Shown here: positions 36,879 to 49,639 of the stretch, one piece after another
Layout of the letters: the number at the start of each line of letters is the position of its first letter
How positions within the stretch are numbered: position 1 is the first letter of the stretch
Origin: Camelus dromedarius
Taxonomy: Eukaryota
DNA: 64,000 nt
Assembly: GCF_036321535.1 (NCBI RefSeq)
Contig: NC_087447.1
Location: 34,908,001 to 34,972,000, forward strand
Direction: 5' to 3'
The notes under the pieces: model-generated
What the model was told of the DNA's origin: nothing
Seen by the model: only the letters and a program-made list of their open reading frames with translations
The model's database searches: none
Program-made: the position numbers and the translations under genes

Positions 36879-37854
36879 AACCAGGGTACTGTGGGTGGTA
36901 GGGAAGGGGCCTTCTGGGAAGCTCAGGATCTGGTTTTAGCTCAACAACTTTGCTCTGGCCTCTGCTTCCTCATCTGAAATGAGAGGGAGAATCTCTAAAG
37001 TTTGATCTGACAAACTGGGTTTCTGCGTGTTCTTACAGATTGAGATTCTAAATTAGCAAGGCACTGTGGGTAGGGCATTGGATCTGGAGGCAAAAGTTTT
37101 GCAAACTCCTGTATCTCTCCACGTCCCTGTCCCACTGGAACTTCCAACACCACTTGTCCTAAACAGAGCGTGTCATCCCCTCTCCCAACCAGAATGCCCC
37201 TCAGCTAGTCTTTACCCACAGTACATGGCACCACTCTTCACCTAGTTATCCAAGTCCAAACCTTGCCCTCATCTTAAACCACCCCCCACCCTCATCCAAT
37301 TAGCAAGTCCTGTCAATTCCACTTCTTTCTCTTCTCCATTCACTTCCTTCCATCTCCAGTGCCATCATCCTAATCCAGGCAACCATGATTTTTTGCCTGA
37401 ACCACTGCATCAGCCTTCTAACTATCTCCCTACCTTTATTCCTATGAATGAATGAATGAATGAATGAATGACTAGATGAGTCCAAAGACTCTGCCACTTA
37501 CTAGCTGTGTGACTCTAGACCATGTGCACTCACTTTCTCCACCTGAAAAAATGCCTGTCCTTACAGCTTGCCATGGGGAGCAAATTAGACAATAGGTATG
37601 AATGAGCTTTGGAATCTATAAAAACAGAATCTAGACATTAGTTGCTAACAAACCTACTCTGTGCTTCAGTTTCCTAGCTCAGTGCCTACCTCAGTACCTG
37701 CACCATAGCCTTAAAGTATAAGTTAAATTACTTAATATATGTAGCATGCTTTGAATAGTACCTGGCACCTTGTAAATATTAAATGAATCAGTATTGCTAC
37801 CATCACAGCAATGATGACAATGATGACTGATCTTTATAACCCTCTGAGGTGCCA

Positions 37855-38260
37855 CGCATAATGGATATTTTTGGCTGCTCTTTTGGTAACAAACCTCTGA
37901 TATCCTTTTGGAGGAACTCTCCGAAGTCTGGCTGGGACTGTCAATCAAGGTGTGCCCTCCCCTAGTCAGTGGGGTGAGCCCACAACCAGAACTCAGCCAG
38001 TTGGACTCACTCTCCCAGGACTTCGATGGCAGGAAAGAAGGAAGAGAACTTAGGTGCTCATGCATCCTTCCAGTGACACCTGGAGGTGGCTGTGGAGATG
38101 TTCTCAATGCTGAAAACTTCTGGAGCTTCCTGAACCCACCTTTCCAAGCATGTTTCTTCAGTCTTCCCTTCCAAGAGCTTCCCCATGGCCTTCCAATAAA
38201 TTCCCCTTTGCTTAGGTTAGCCAATGGTCACTTCTGTGACTTGCTGCCAGAGACCCCTGG
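37855..38260 (+). mobile_element. MLT1-type LTR
   Basis: 'gtctggctgggactgtcaatcaaggtgtgccc...ccttccaataaattcccctttgcttaggttagccaatggtcacttctgtgacttgc'. Confidence 0.7.
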
Positions 38261-38619
38261 CCGTGCACTGCTCCGGGGTCAGGAAACCGGTCAGCAATTA
38301 ACTCACTGTGTGACCTCAGGCAAGGCATTTCTCCTCCCTGAACCTCAGAATACTCCTCCTGAAGGGGGCCCTTGACCGGGCTGGTTGTGCCCAACCCTGG
38401 CCAATTAGCAGAATCATTTGGGGAAATTTCCTTAAGACTGAGCCTCACCTCCATCCCACTGAGCCAGATTTTTCCTCTGGGGGGAGCCTGAGAATCCATA
38501 TTTTTTTAACATTTCCCCCAAATGATTCTGAGACACAGCCAGTGTGGAGAGCACGGGGCTACACAGCCTCTGAGGGCCCTCTGAGAGAGAAGGGCTGGGG
38601 TTCTCGATGCTTCTGTGCT

Positions 38620-39160
38620 GCAGCTACCGTCTCAGACACGCTCAGTTCAAGTCCAGGGCTCATCACTCTCCCCGCTGAGAAACCTCCTGTAGCTTCCCAG
38701 CACTTGAGAATAAAACCCAGACTCCTCCCACAGGCTTCAAGACCCCCAGCAGCCCGACTCTGGCCAGCCTCTCCCACCTCATCTCTCACGGTGGCCTTTC
38801 AGCCCTGCCCAGAAGAGAGAGTTCTGCCTGGGGAAGCTTGTCCCCTTCTCTGCTCAGCTGGTTCCTCTTATAACTCAAGTGCTGGTTCAAATGTTATCTC
38901 CTCTGAGAGGCCTTCCCTGAGCACTCCCCAACAAAAGTGTCTCCTCTCCACCTACACTCCCCACCACCCCACTCTCTTCTTTTCCTTGATTGTGCTTACT
39001 ACTGTCTGAAATTATCCTTTTATTCATTGTTTTAACCCAGTTCATTGGCAGTGTATCCCACCAGAATTTAAATCCCAAGAGAGCAGAGAAACCGTCTTGT
39101 TGTCTAGCATGTACCCAGCTTCTAGAACAGTGGCTAACTCTGAGTAGGTGCTCAGTAAGT
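38620..39160 (+). mobile_element. LINE-2 3' fragment
   Basis: 'caaatgttatctcctctgagaggccttccctga...ctagaacagtggctaactctgagtaggtgctcagtaag'. Confidence 0.7.
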
Positions 39161-40469
39161 CTGCTTTACAGGAGCCCAGAGCAGTGGCCACGGGAGACAT
39201 AAATTCTGACTCCCACCCTTCCTGAGACAAGTGTTTCTGATGTTTCTTCCTGGGATTGGCAGCCAGGTGCCCTTGGCCTTCACCTTGAGCTGATGGGCTG
39301 GTGTATATGGCTCCTAAAGGTTTGATCTGGATCTGTGGCCAGCTCCTAAGCAAGCTCACATCACACCCTCACCCGAACACACCCCAGCAATTGGTCTCAG
39401 CTCCAGCTCTCCTCTGATAAACCTCGCTAATGTCCTTGGCTTTTCACTCTTTGGGCTTGTAGCCAAGAAATATGACTCTGGAGGTGAGCTCTTAGGAACA
39501 CAAGGATATCCTCCCTTTAAATCAATTGTTTCACACAAAAGTTCTGTTTTTCCTTTTCCCATCTCCATCCCCATAGCCATCTGCTCTGAAACCCAAATCC
39601 TTGGGAATGGTACTCGGACACTTTTCCTAGACCCCTAAAAGGATTACCTTTGCTGATTTAGGTGTGGAGAGAGTGTCCAGCTTTCACTAAGAGACCCCAC
39701 CCAGGTCAGCCTCATGAATCCCATTTCTGCATTTGCTGTAACAATGACACTGAGGTCACTGGGACCCTAAGGGTCTACCGTCAGAATCAGACTTGCTCTG
39801 AGAGCTAAGTGCTAGAACTGCCTCAATTTCATCATGGAAAAGAGTACAGAAAAAGAAAGAAAAGGAGAAAAGAAAGCAGGAGGGAAGGGAAAGAAAATAT
39901 GAGATAGCAAAAAAAAAAAAAAAAGAAAAATGACCTGCTTTGCCACTTTACATATATCGTCTGTCCTTCCTCTCTAAAATTGTCATTCAAGTGTTCAACA
40001 AAAATGTATCGAGTACCTGCTATATACCAGGCATTTTCCGCGACCCTCAGGATCCATCAGTGATTGAACCAGACAAGGACGCCTGCCCATGAGGATGTTG
40101 TATTCTAGTGGAAGAAGACAGACAGTGAACATATTAAATAAAGTATCCAACTTGTAGTTCATAAATAAATGTATTAATACAGAATATATTATAGAATCTC
40201 ATGTGTTATATAAAGTATGTGGTGTGTAATATAATATTTAAAATATATAACATAATTTATAAATTATCCGATATGTTGGAAGGTAAAACGTGTGACCATA
40301 AAAGCAAAGACAAAGAGAGACCAGGACTACCGAAGGGGGCAGGAAGAGGCAGGCTCCAGTATCAATTAAAGATTGTGGTCAGGGTGGGCCTCACTGAGAA
40401 AGTGATGAAGACTTGAAGGATATGAGAGCATTAGTTCCAAGTAACTTGCTGTTTCCCTTCCTTCTTTTT

Positions 40470-40610
40470 ATCATTTTTATTTATTTATTTTTTTTAACAT
40501 TTTTTATTGAGTTATAGTCATTTTACAATGTGTCAAATTGTGTAGAGCACAATTTTTCAGTTCTACATGAACACATGTATATTCATTGTCACATTTTTTT
40601 TCGCTATGAG
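40470..40610 (-). mobile_element. Short 5'-truncated young L1 with target-site duplication
   Basis: T-rich tail then 'ttattgagttatagtcattttacaatgtgtcaaa'; flanked by ccttccttcttttt at 40456-40469 and 40611-40624. Confidence 0.75.
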
Positions 40611-40759
40611 CCTTCCTTCTTTTTTGGAGGGGATTTTTACATGCACACAGGCACACACCCTCACCATGGTCTTGCTGGCAGCCAAGATGGTGAGGTAGGA
40701 GGCCATGCAAAACCAATCTAATAGCTAATTACTAATCAATACATTAACTGACTTTTACT

Positions 40760-43155
40760 TTTTAATTTAATTTTTTACTGAAGTATAATCAGTTTACAAT
40801 GCTGTATCAATTTCTCATGTACACCATAATGTTTCAATCATACATATACATACATATATTTGTTTTCATATTCTTTTTCATTATAAGTTACTACAAGATA
40901 TTGAATATAGTTTGCTGTGCTATACAAGACAAGAAGAATCTTGTCTATCTATTTTATATATAGTAGTTAGTATCTGCAAATCTTGAACTCCCAATTTATC
41001 CCTTCCCACCCCCTTTCCCCTAGTAAACATAAGTTTGTTTCCTATGTCTGAGTTTGTTTCTGTTTTGATAAAAGAAGTTCATTTGTGACTTTTTTTTTTA
41101 AGATTCTACTTATGAGTGATATCTTATGGTATTTTTCTTTCTTTCTCTGTCTTACTTCACTTAGAATGATGATCTCCAGGTCCATCCAGGTCGCTGCAAG
41201 TGGCATTATTTTATTCTTTTTATGGCTGAGTAGTATTCCATCATATAAATATACCACAACTTCCTTATCCAGTCATCTGTCAATGGATATTTAGGTTACT
41301 TCCATGTCTTGGCTATTATAGATACTGCTGCTATGAACACTGGGGTTTATCTTTTTGAATTAGAGCTCCCTCCAGATACATGCCCAGGAGTGGGATTGCT
41401 GGATCATAATGTAAGTCTGTTTTTAGTTTTTTGAGGAATCTTCATACTGTTTTCCATAATGGCTGCACCAAACTACAATCCCATCAGCAATGTAGGAGGG
41501 TTCCCTTTCCTCCACACCCTCTCCAGCATTTATTGTTCGTGGACTTTTGAATGATGGCCATTCTGATCGGCGTAAGGTGATAACTTATTATAGTTTTGAT
41601 TTGCATTTCTCTGATAATTAGCAGTATTGAGCATTTTTTTATGTACCTATTGGCCATTTGTATGTCTTCACTGGATAATTGCTTATTTAGGTTTTCTGCC
41701 CATTTTTTGATTGGGTTGTTTGTTTTTTTATTATTAAGTTGTATGAGCTGTTTATATATTCTGGAAATTAAGCCCTTGTCAGTCACATCATTTGCAAATA
41801 TTTTCTCCCATTCCATAGATTGTCTTTTTGTTTTGCTTATGGTTTCCTTTGCTGTACAAAAGCTTATAAAGGTAATTAGGCCCCACTTATTGATTTTTGC
41901 TTTTATTTCTATTGCTTGGGTAGATTGCCCTAGGAGAACATTGCTGAGACTTATGTCAGAAAATGTTTTGCCTGTGTTTTCTTCTAAGACGTTTATAGTG
42001 CCTTGTTTTATGTTTAAGTCTTTAAGCCATTTTGAGTTTATTTTTGTGTATGGTGTGAGGGAGTGTTCTAATTTCACTGATTTACATGCAGCTGTCCAGT
42101 TTTCCCAAGACCACTTGTTGAAGAGACTGTCTTTTCTCCATTGTATATTCTTGCTTCCTTTGTCAAAGATTAATTGACTGTAAATCTGTGGGTTTATTTC
42201 TGGGCTCTATATTCTGTTCCATTGATCCATATGTTTTTGGCATGTTTTTGTGCCAAAATCATGCTGTTTTGATTGCAGCTCTGTAGTATTGTCTTAAGTC
42301 TGGGAGGGTAATACTTCCATCTTCATTCTTTTTCTTCAGTATTGCTTTGGCAATTCTGGATCTTTTGTGATTCCATATAAACCTTAGGATTATTTGTTCT
42401 AGTTCTGCAAAAAATGTCCTGGGTAATTTGACAGAGATTGCATTAAATCTGTAGATTGCTTTGGGTAGTATGGCCATTTTAAAAATAATAATTCTTCCAA
42501 TCCAAGAACATGGGATATCTTTCCATTTCTTTAAGTCATCTTCAATTTCCTTAATCAGTGTTTTGTAGTTCTCTGTGTATAAATCTTTCACCTCCTTGGT
42601 CAGATTTATTTTTAAGTATTTTTATTTTTTTGGATACAATTTTAAAAGAGATTGTTTCTTTACTTTCCTTTTCTGATACTTCATTGTTAGTGTAAAGAAA
42701 TGCAACTGATTTCTATATGTTAATCTTGTATCCTGCTACCTTGCCAAATTATCAGCTCTAGTAGTTTCTGTGTGAAGCCTTTAGGGTTTCCTATATATAG
42801 TATCACATCATCCACATATAGTGACAGTTTTACCTCTTCTCTTCCAACTTGGATCCCTTTTTCTTGTCTGATTGCTATGGCTAGGACTTCCAACACTATG
42901 TTGAATAGAAGTGGTGAGAGTGGGCATCCTTGTCTTGTTCCAGATTTTAGCAGGAAGGCTTTCAGCTTTTCACCAGTGAGTGTTAAGCTGGCTGTGCGTT
43001 TGTCATAAACAGCTTTTAGTATGTTGAGATACATTTCCTCTAAACCCACTTCAGTAAGAGTTTTTATCATAAGTGGATGTTGAATTTTACAGATGCTTTT
43101 TCTGAATCTATTGAGGTGATCATGTGATTTTTGTCCTTTCTTTTGTTTATGTGGT
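40760..43155 (-). mobile_element. 5'-truncated lineage-specific L1 (3' part of ORF2 plus 3' UTR)
   Basis: ORF-track peptides [30 protein letters not shown] (RT), [13 protein letters not shown] and [18 protein letters not shown]; frameshifted. Confidence 0.95.
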
Positions 43156-45695
43156 TCCCTTCCATTTTGATATCCAAGAAAATCAAAACTGAACCTGAGG
43201 CTCAAGTGCAGTACTCTAGAGGCCCCTGTGGTCTTTTGTCCCTTGGACAGGTGGGACAGGACAGTGCTTGAGGGCCTCAGTTCCAAAATCAAACTAGAGT
43301 TAAAGACTGGCTCTACCACTTACTAGCTATGTGACCTTGGGCATTGTATTTAAGCTGAGCCTCAGCTCCCTATACCCCAAAACAAAGAAAATAATTGCAC
43401 CTACCTCACAGGACTTTTTAAAGGAGTAAATGAAATAACGTACACAAATTCCTTTGCATGCAGCAAGAACCCAATAAACATCAGCTGTTATTATTAAGCC
43501 CTGGTCTTGTCTCTCAAAGTTTATTTACATTCTTCTTTGTCCTGATTCTCTATCCTTATTGAGATTTTAACATTGTTTTATGGTTTCTTCTCCTGTGGTA
43601 AGCAATCTGAAATCCTTTGTGGATTGGGGTGGGTTATAAATAAGTAAGTAAATAAATAAAAATCTGGCTAGGGGAACATTTTCACTGAAGCAAAACATTT
43701 CATTACTGATAGAATGAACCACAAGTGAGGTCAAAAGCAAGAAATATTGACTCTAACAGTCCATCAAAAACCACCAGCAAGACACTCTCTGATTACTCAG
43801 ACCATCTTTCTCTCTCCCAAAACCCTCTTTCTCCCTCCATCAAGAGAGGGTAAATGAGTCACACAAAATGACTCAAGAAGCCTAAATCCTCCTAAACTCA
43901 CAACTGCTTCATTGCCATGGGCCTCACAGAACTCTCCTTCTTTCCCGTCAGAGACAAGAAAGGAAATGGATGGGGTCACTTTCCATGGTGAAGGGGTTAG
44001 GGAAGAGGGGTGCTCGCTGAGTACAAAGAGTCAGATGTAGGTTGGAATCTCATTACTGCCATTAATTAGTGAGCACTGGAGCCACAGGGAAGGCCCTGGA
44101 CGTCTCTGTGCCTCAGTTCCCTTGTGGGTAATAACAGAACCTCCCTTTTAAGGTGCTTGTGAAGATGAAAGGAGAGAGTACACAGAAGCAATATGGATAG
44201 CTTATTTGTAAAGCCCTCAGTGTTAGACTTTCTTTCCTTAACTGCACCCCAGGGCAACACTCAATGGACTAGGGGAAGCGGGAACACTTAAGAGGGTGTA
44301 CAGGGCAGAAACGGAGTGAGAAGACGAGTTTAGGTATATCCTCATGTGATAGAAACTCCCTACAAGAAGCAAAGGAGAAAGAAAATTTTTGACCCCCTAC
44401 TATTTTGAGGTATTCTGTCTCACTCCTTCCTTGCCACAACCCTTTGAGATGGGCATTGTTATTCACACCTGACCTCTGGGGCTGGGCTATGAACCCAGAG
44501 CACACAGGCAGGAATGCTTAGGAGGCAGCTCCGGACTTCTGAAGTTGACTTTATGAAGGGTAACCGCTAGCCTCTACCATAGGGCATCAAAGGCACCACT
44601 GACAGAAATCTGCAAGGTCCCGCCCCTCCTGGAGTGCCATGCCTCTGTGACTCCCACGCTGGCTTCAGCAAGAATCTGAGTCAGGGTGACCTTGCCGAGG
44701 CTCCCTCACCTCATCAGCCACGAGGGTCTCTGTGCTATGAGCTTGGGCTTTGGAATTAACTAGATCCTAACTGGAAACACACACCCCTCACATATTTACT
44801 GTAGGACCTTAAGTAAGTCACTTACTCTTTCTGGTTTCTCTTCTGAAACTGTGATATCAAAATGCCTGCCTCGCAAAGCAGCCATGAAGATTAAATAGTG
44901 CATTGAAAGCATACAAGACAGTGCCCAGCACCTACTAAATGTTCATTTATGGTAGCTGATACTGTCACACTGACACCGTCTGGGGAAAATCAGCTCTATG
45001 CTGAATGACAGAGATGACGCTTTCAGGTGGGGAGAGTGGGCCCTTGAGCACTGACTGACATGTCTACCCAAGCTTTCAGACAGACCAAGCACCATGGCCT
45101 GGTTATCTGGCATTTGATCCTTCTCCTTGTCCCACAGGAAACTACTTATGGATAACAAGACCCAGCTGGGCTCTGTGCCCCTCCTAGGGAAAAAAAAAGA
45201 TAATCAAGGCTCAGCCCAGAGCTGCCCATTCACTGCCCTGTGTCCAAAACATGTACTGATGGTGCCTTCTGTGCTGGTAACTGGAGAGAGAGAAGACACA
45301 CAGCCCTACCCCAGGACTTCATGGCACACTTGGGTGAAAAGACAACAAACTGCTATTACAGTAAACAGAAAGGAATGAGGTCTGAGCATCCTTGGGAATA
45401 TGATAGAAGGCTCCATGGAGAAGGAGGAATTTGAACTGGAACTTTAAAATTAGGTGAGACATGGGGAGATGGCATTCCAGGCTGAAAGCACAGCATGAAC
45501 AAAGTCTAGAAACGAGAAAACACAGGATTTAAAGAACAGAATAGTGTGGTAAAGCTGGAGAACCAGGATGCCAGAGGACTAAGGTGAGAGCTCAAGTGAA
45601 GGGCCAGTGAGCCTTCAGAGCAGGGAAAACAAAATAAAGGTCATGACTACCATGGAGAAAATGAGGGGAGTTGGCCTGCATTTAAAATAGGGTGG

Positions 45696-48600
45696 AACTT
45701 CTAGAGGCAGGTGCCAGGATGATGGAGTAGAGACTCACAGCTCGCTCTCTCCCACAAATACACCAAGAATTACATCTACAAACCCACTGAATTGCACAGA
45801 ACACCTACTGAAATGTGGCAGAGTGTCTCTTGCTTCGAAACACAGGAAGATTCTCACAAAATCCAGTGAGAGGAAAAAAGAAAAAAATCGGAGCAAGACC
45901 AGTCCTGCAGGGAGGGAGCAGAAAAGGAAGAAAGGCACCCTCACGCTGGGACACCCCCTCTCCAGCCAGGAAGTCAGAGGGGACAGAAGCAGAGCTTCTG
46001 AGGCTTGAGGGGAGAGCGGCAGCCGCTTGGCAGACAGAACTAAGATAAATGGGCATGGAGGGCCCTTGCGATCCCCAGCCCTAGACGCGAGCCAGGAGGG
46101 ACAAGTCGGGACTGGCTGCTGGAGATCGGTGAGGAGCCCAGGGAGGCGGCTGGGCCCACTGCACAGAGGCAGCCTCAGGGGACTGGAGGGCGGTGTGAGC
46201 TCTGGCTGGGGGTGTGTGCGGAACAGAACAGCCTAGGACCCTCATAAAAAAGCACCACTGCTGGTGTGTGTGGGGTGGAGGGGTGCAGCACAGCAGTGTC
46301 ATAGCCCCTGTCTCCACTTGGCTCTGTTGTTGGCATGTTCTCGTGAAAAGAGAGGTGGGGCTTGGTCATAACCATTGCTGTTGCAGAGGCTGGGCTGAAA
46401 GCTGAATCCATATCCAGCGGCCCTGCAACTTCACAGGCAGAACTGAGATTTGTTTACAGCCCCAGGCAGAGAGGGTGGATTTGCTCTCTCTGGACCCTTT
46501 GTGGACCCACGCCTCTGGGATGAACAGGCAGTGAGTGGAGTTCTGGTGCACAATGGGGGCGAGTACAGGTATATATAGCAGGCCGGCGTACTGTACCATA
46601 CTTGGAGGTGGGGCTGGGGTCTGCGCTGACCCTGCGGCACAGCACAGATTTGGGTGTGTGACTGTATGCTCACTACAGTGGGCCCTAGTGCCTGATAATG
46701 GCAGATCCGCCCTGGTGGTTCCTGAGGCCCAGAACCTGAGGGACACCAGAGTGGGTGGCCAACATTCCCACAACTAAGGTGGGGACAAAGGCAGCGTCAA
46801 CAAAGAGTACCTTCTAAGCCCGAATAACAAGCGACAAACAACACCACAGAGGGCACTTCCCAGTGGACATCTCCTGTAGAGGTATACTCAGTGACTCTCT
46901 TCCCAGCTGAAGCGCTCCAACCCTGCCTACCACATACCACAGCTCAGAAATGGGTCTAGAAGCCTCTATTCCAGCAACAGGGGAGCAGACTTGGTCCCTG
47001 TTAAGGCTGTGACAACCACAGAAAAAAAAAGAGGCCCCACTCAATAACAATAATCAGGGCAGGCTATAAATACAACAACAACCACATCCCGAGTCAAAGG
47101 GGTAACAGCCAACACACATGGAAGAAAGATGTGGCAACCATTCCTACTAAAAACAGCCCTTGCAACAAAACTATTAGATGCACAGTCTACACAGGAACAC
47201 TCCCACTTTAAATAAAAACAAACAAATAAGAAAAAACAGCCCTTCAAGACCACAGTAGATAACTGATACTCCTAAACCCATACAGCCAGAGAAATATAAG
47301 TAAAATGAAGAAGCAGAGGAACCACTCCCAATTAAAAGAACAAGAGAAATCCCCTGAGGGAATTAACAATGAGATAGACCTCGACAATCTACTAGATCAT
47401 GACTTCAAAAAGGGAGTGATAAAAGCACTGAAGGAAGTAAGAGAGACTGTGAATAGAGACAGAGAATACTATAAAAAGGAAACAGAAACTATAAAGAGGA
47501 GCCAATTAAAAACAGAAAACTCAATGGCTGAGATAAGAGCCAAGCTAAAGGGAGTCAAAAGCAGACCAGATAATGCAGAGGAATGAATAAGTGACTTAGA
47601 AGACAGAATAACAGACAGAAAAGCAAGTAAAAACCAATGAAAGCAATATATGGGAGCTATGGGATAATATGAAGTGTGCCAACCTACTCATAATAGGGGT
47701 CCCAGAAGGAGAGGAAAAAGAAAAGGTGATTGAAAAGGTATTTGAAGAAATCACGACTGAAAACTTTACAAACCTAAAGAAGGAAACAAATATCCAAGTA
47801 CAGAACAGCAAGATATATTCAAAGTCCTGAATGAGAAAAAGCTGCAAACTGGGATACTCTATCCAGCAAGACTATCCTTTAGAGTAGAAGGAGAGAGAAT
47901 CTCACTGACAAGGGAAAACCAAAAGAATTCAGCAATACTAAACCTATCCTAAAAGAAATACTGAAAGGTCTACTCTAAATAGAAAAGAAGCATGAAGCTA
48001 TAAAAACAAGAAAACCATAAGCGGAAATGTGGTAACTACAATGAGTTACAAGAGAGTAAACATGAAGATGTAAAAAAAAAAAAAAAAAAAGGACATCAAA
48101 ATCATAAAAGGTAGGAGAGGGGAGCAAGAAAATATAGATTTTTTTTTCTCTCCTTTTTCTTTCTTTTTTTTTTCTACATTCTTTTTAGGATGTGTTTGAA
48201 CATACATGACTACCAGTCTAAAGCAAATAGACACAGTAAAGGGTTAACATACTTGAAAAACAAAGTAACCACAAATCAAAACCATGCAATAGAGTCATAA
48301 AAACAACAACAAAAAAAACCCAAGCTAATACAAAAGAAAATTATGAAACCAGACAATACCATATGGTATCACTTACAAGTGGGATCTAAAAAAAAAAAAA
48401 AGATAAATGAACTTATTTACAAAACAGAAACACACTCACAGACATAGAAAACAAACTTATGGTTACCAGCAGGGGAAGAGGGTAGGAAGGAATAAATTGG
48501 GAGTTCGAGATTTGCAGATATTAACATACATGTATAAAACAGATAAACAAGTCATACTGTATAGCACAAGGAACAATATTCAATATCTTGTAGTAATCTA

Positions 48601-48723
48601 TGGTGAAAAAGAATATGAAAACGAATATATTTATGTTCATGTACAACTGAAGAATTATGCTGTACACTAGAAACTGACACAACACTGTAAACTGACTATA
48701 CTTCAATAAAAATATGTATTAAA
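45696..48723 (+). mobile_element. ORF2-less L1 derivative (HAL1-like): 5' UTR, internally deleted ORF1, 3' UTR
   Basis: Target-site duplication aaaatagggtgg at 45684-45695 and 48724-48735; ORF1 peptide from 47305 (MKKQRNHSQLKEQEKSPE...IIGVPEGEEKEK...LYPARLSF); joins the L1 3' UTR near 48350 with no ORF2 sequence. Confidence 0.85.
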
Positions 48724-48735
48724 AAAATAGGGTGG

Positions 48736-49180
48736 TCATGAAAGGCCTCTTTGCGGTGACAGTTAAGAGGTAAAGGAGCAAGCCATGTGACTAACTGGGG
48801 AAAGTTCTAGGCAGAGAAAATAGCAGTGCAAAGGTCCTGAGGCCACAGGGTGGCTGCCATGTTGGTGATGCATTAAAATGCCCATGTGACTGGAATGGAA
48901 GGAAGTGAGGTTAGAGAAATAAAAGGGAGCCAACTCATGGGAGGCCTTGCAGGCCGTGATAGGGGCTTTAGCTTTCACTTGGATGAATGGAGAGCCACTG
49001 TAAGATTTCCAGTAAAGGAGCGATTTGACTTATGTTTTAAAAGGATAGCTCTGACTGCTGCGTAGAATCAACTGCAGGAGGCAAGGGTGGCAGCAGGGAG
49101 ACCAGTAAGGAGCTATTAAAGAAATCCAGGAGAAAGAGGACGATGGTTAGAACCAGGACGGCGACCCTGTGATGGTGAGC
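48736..49180 (-). mobile_element. LINE-2 fragment (host of the L1 insertion)
   Basis: 'gaaaatagcagtgcaaaggtcctgaggc...atttgacttatgttttaaaaggatagctctgactgctg'. Confidence 0.7.
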
Positions 49181-49639
49181 CTGGGTTTCCCCATATAAAC
49201 ACGAAGCTTAGGATCCTGGCCCTGCGTGCCTCCTAACGTCTCAAAAAGCCCCCGCCAGGATGGAATGGCAGTGGGGTTCCAGCCTGGGGAATGTTGGACT
49301 ATGGGGCGCGTGGGCAGCTCCTTGCGCGTACGGACCCCTGATGCCCACCAGAAAGCTTAGACAGGTTCGCGCCCTGGGGCACGCGCCAGCAGAGTGAGAC
49401 CTGGTGGAGGGAGGTTTTGCTACTCAGAGACTGAGCAAGGAAAGGTGGGAAGGCGAGTGCCTTCTCCGAGTCCTCCTGGAGCGGGTCTTGTGCACCCGGC
49501 ACTGTGTGCTCCCCGGTACGGAACCACTCCGCTTGTGCATGTGTGGCAACGGCTTCCTGAAGGCAACATTCACAGAGCGCCACAGCACCCCCTCCATGGA
49601 ACTCCCCCCCACCCCCGGATATGACCCCTTTGTCTCGCT

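Noticed and set aside
41042..43319. Reverse-transcriptase-like ORFs as a novel RT system
   Set aside because: Ordinary frameshifted, 5'-truncated L1 ORF2.
49570..49600. Possible REST/RE1 site near the neuronal promoter (cagcacc half-site)
   Set aside because: No properly spaced GGACAG right half-site.
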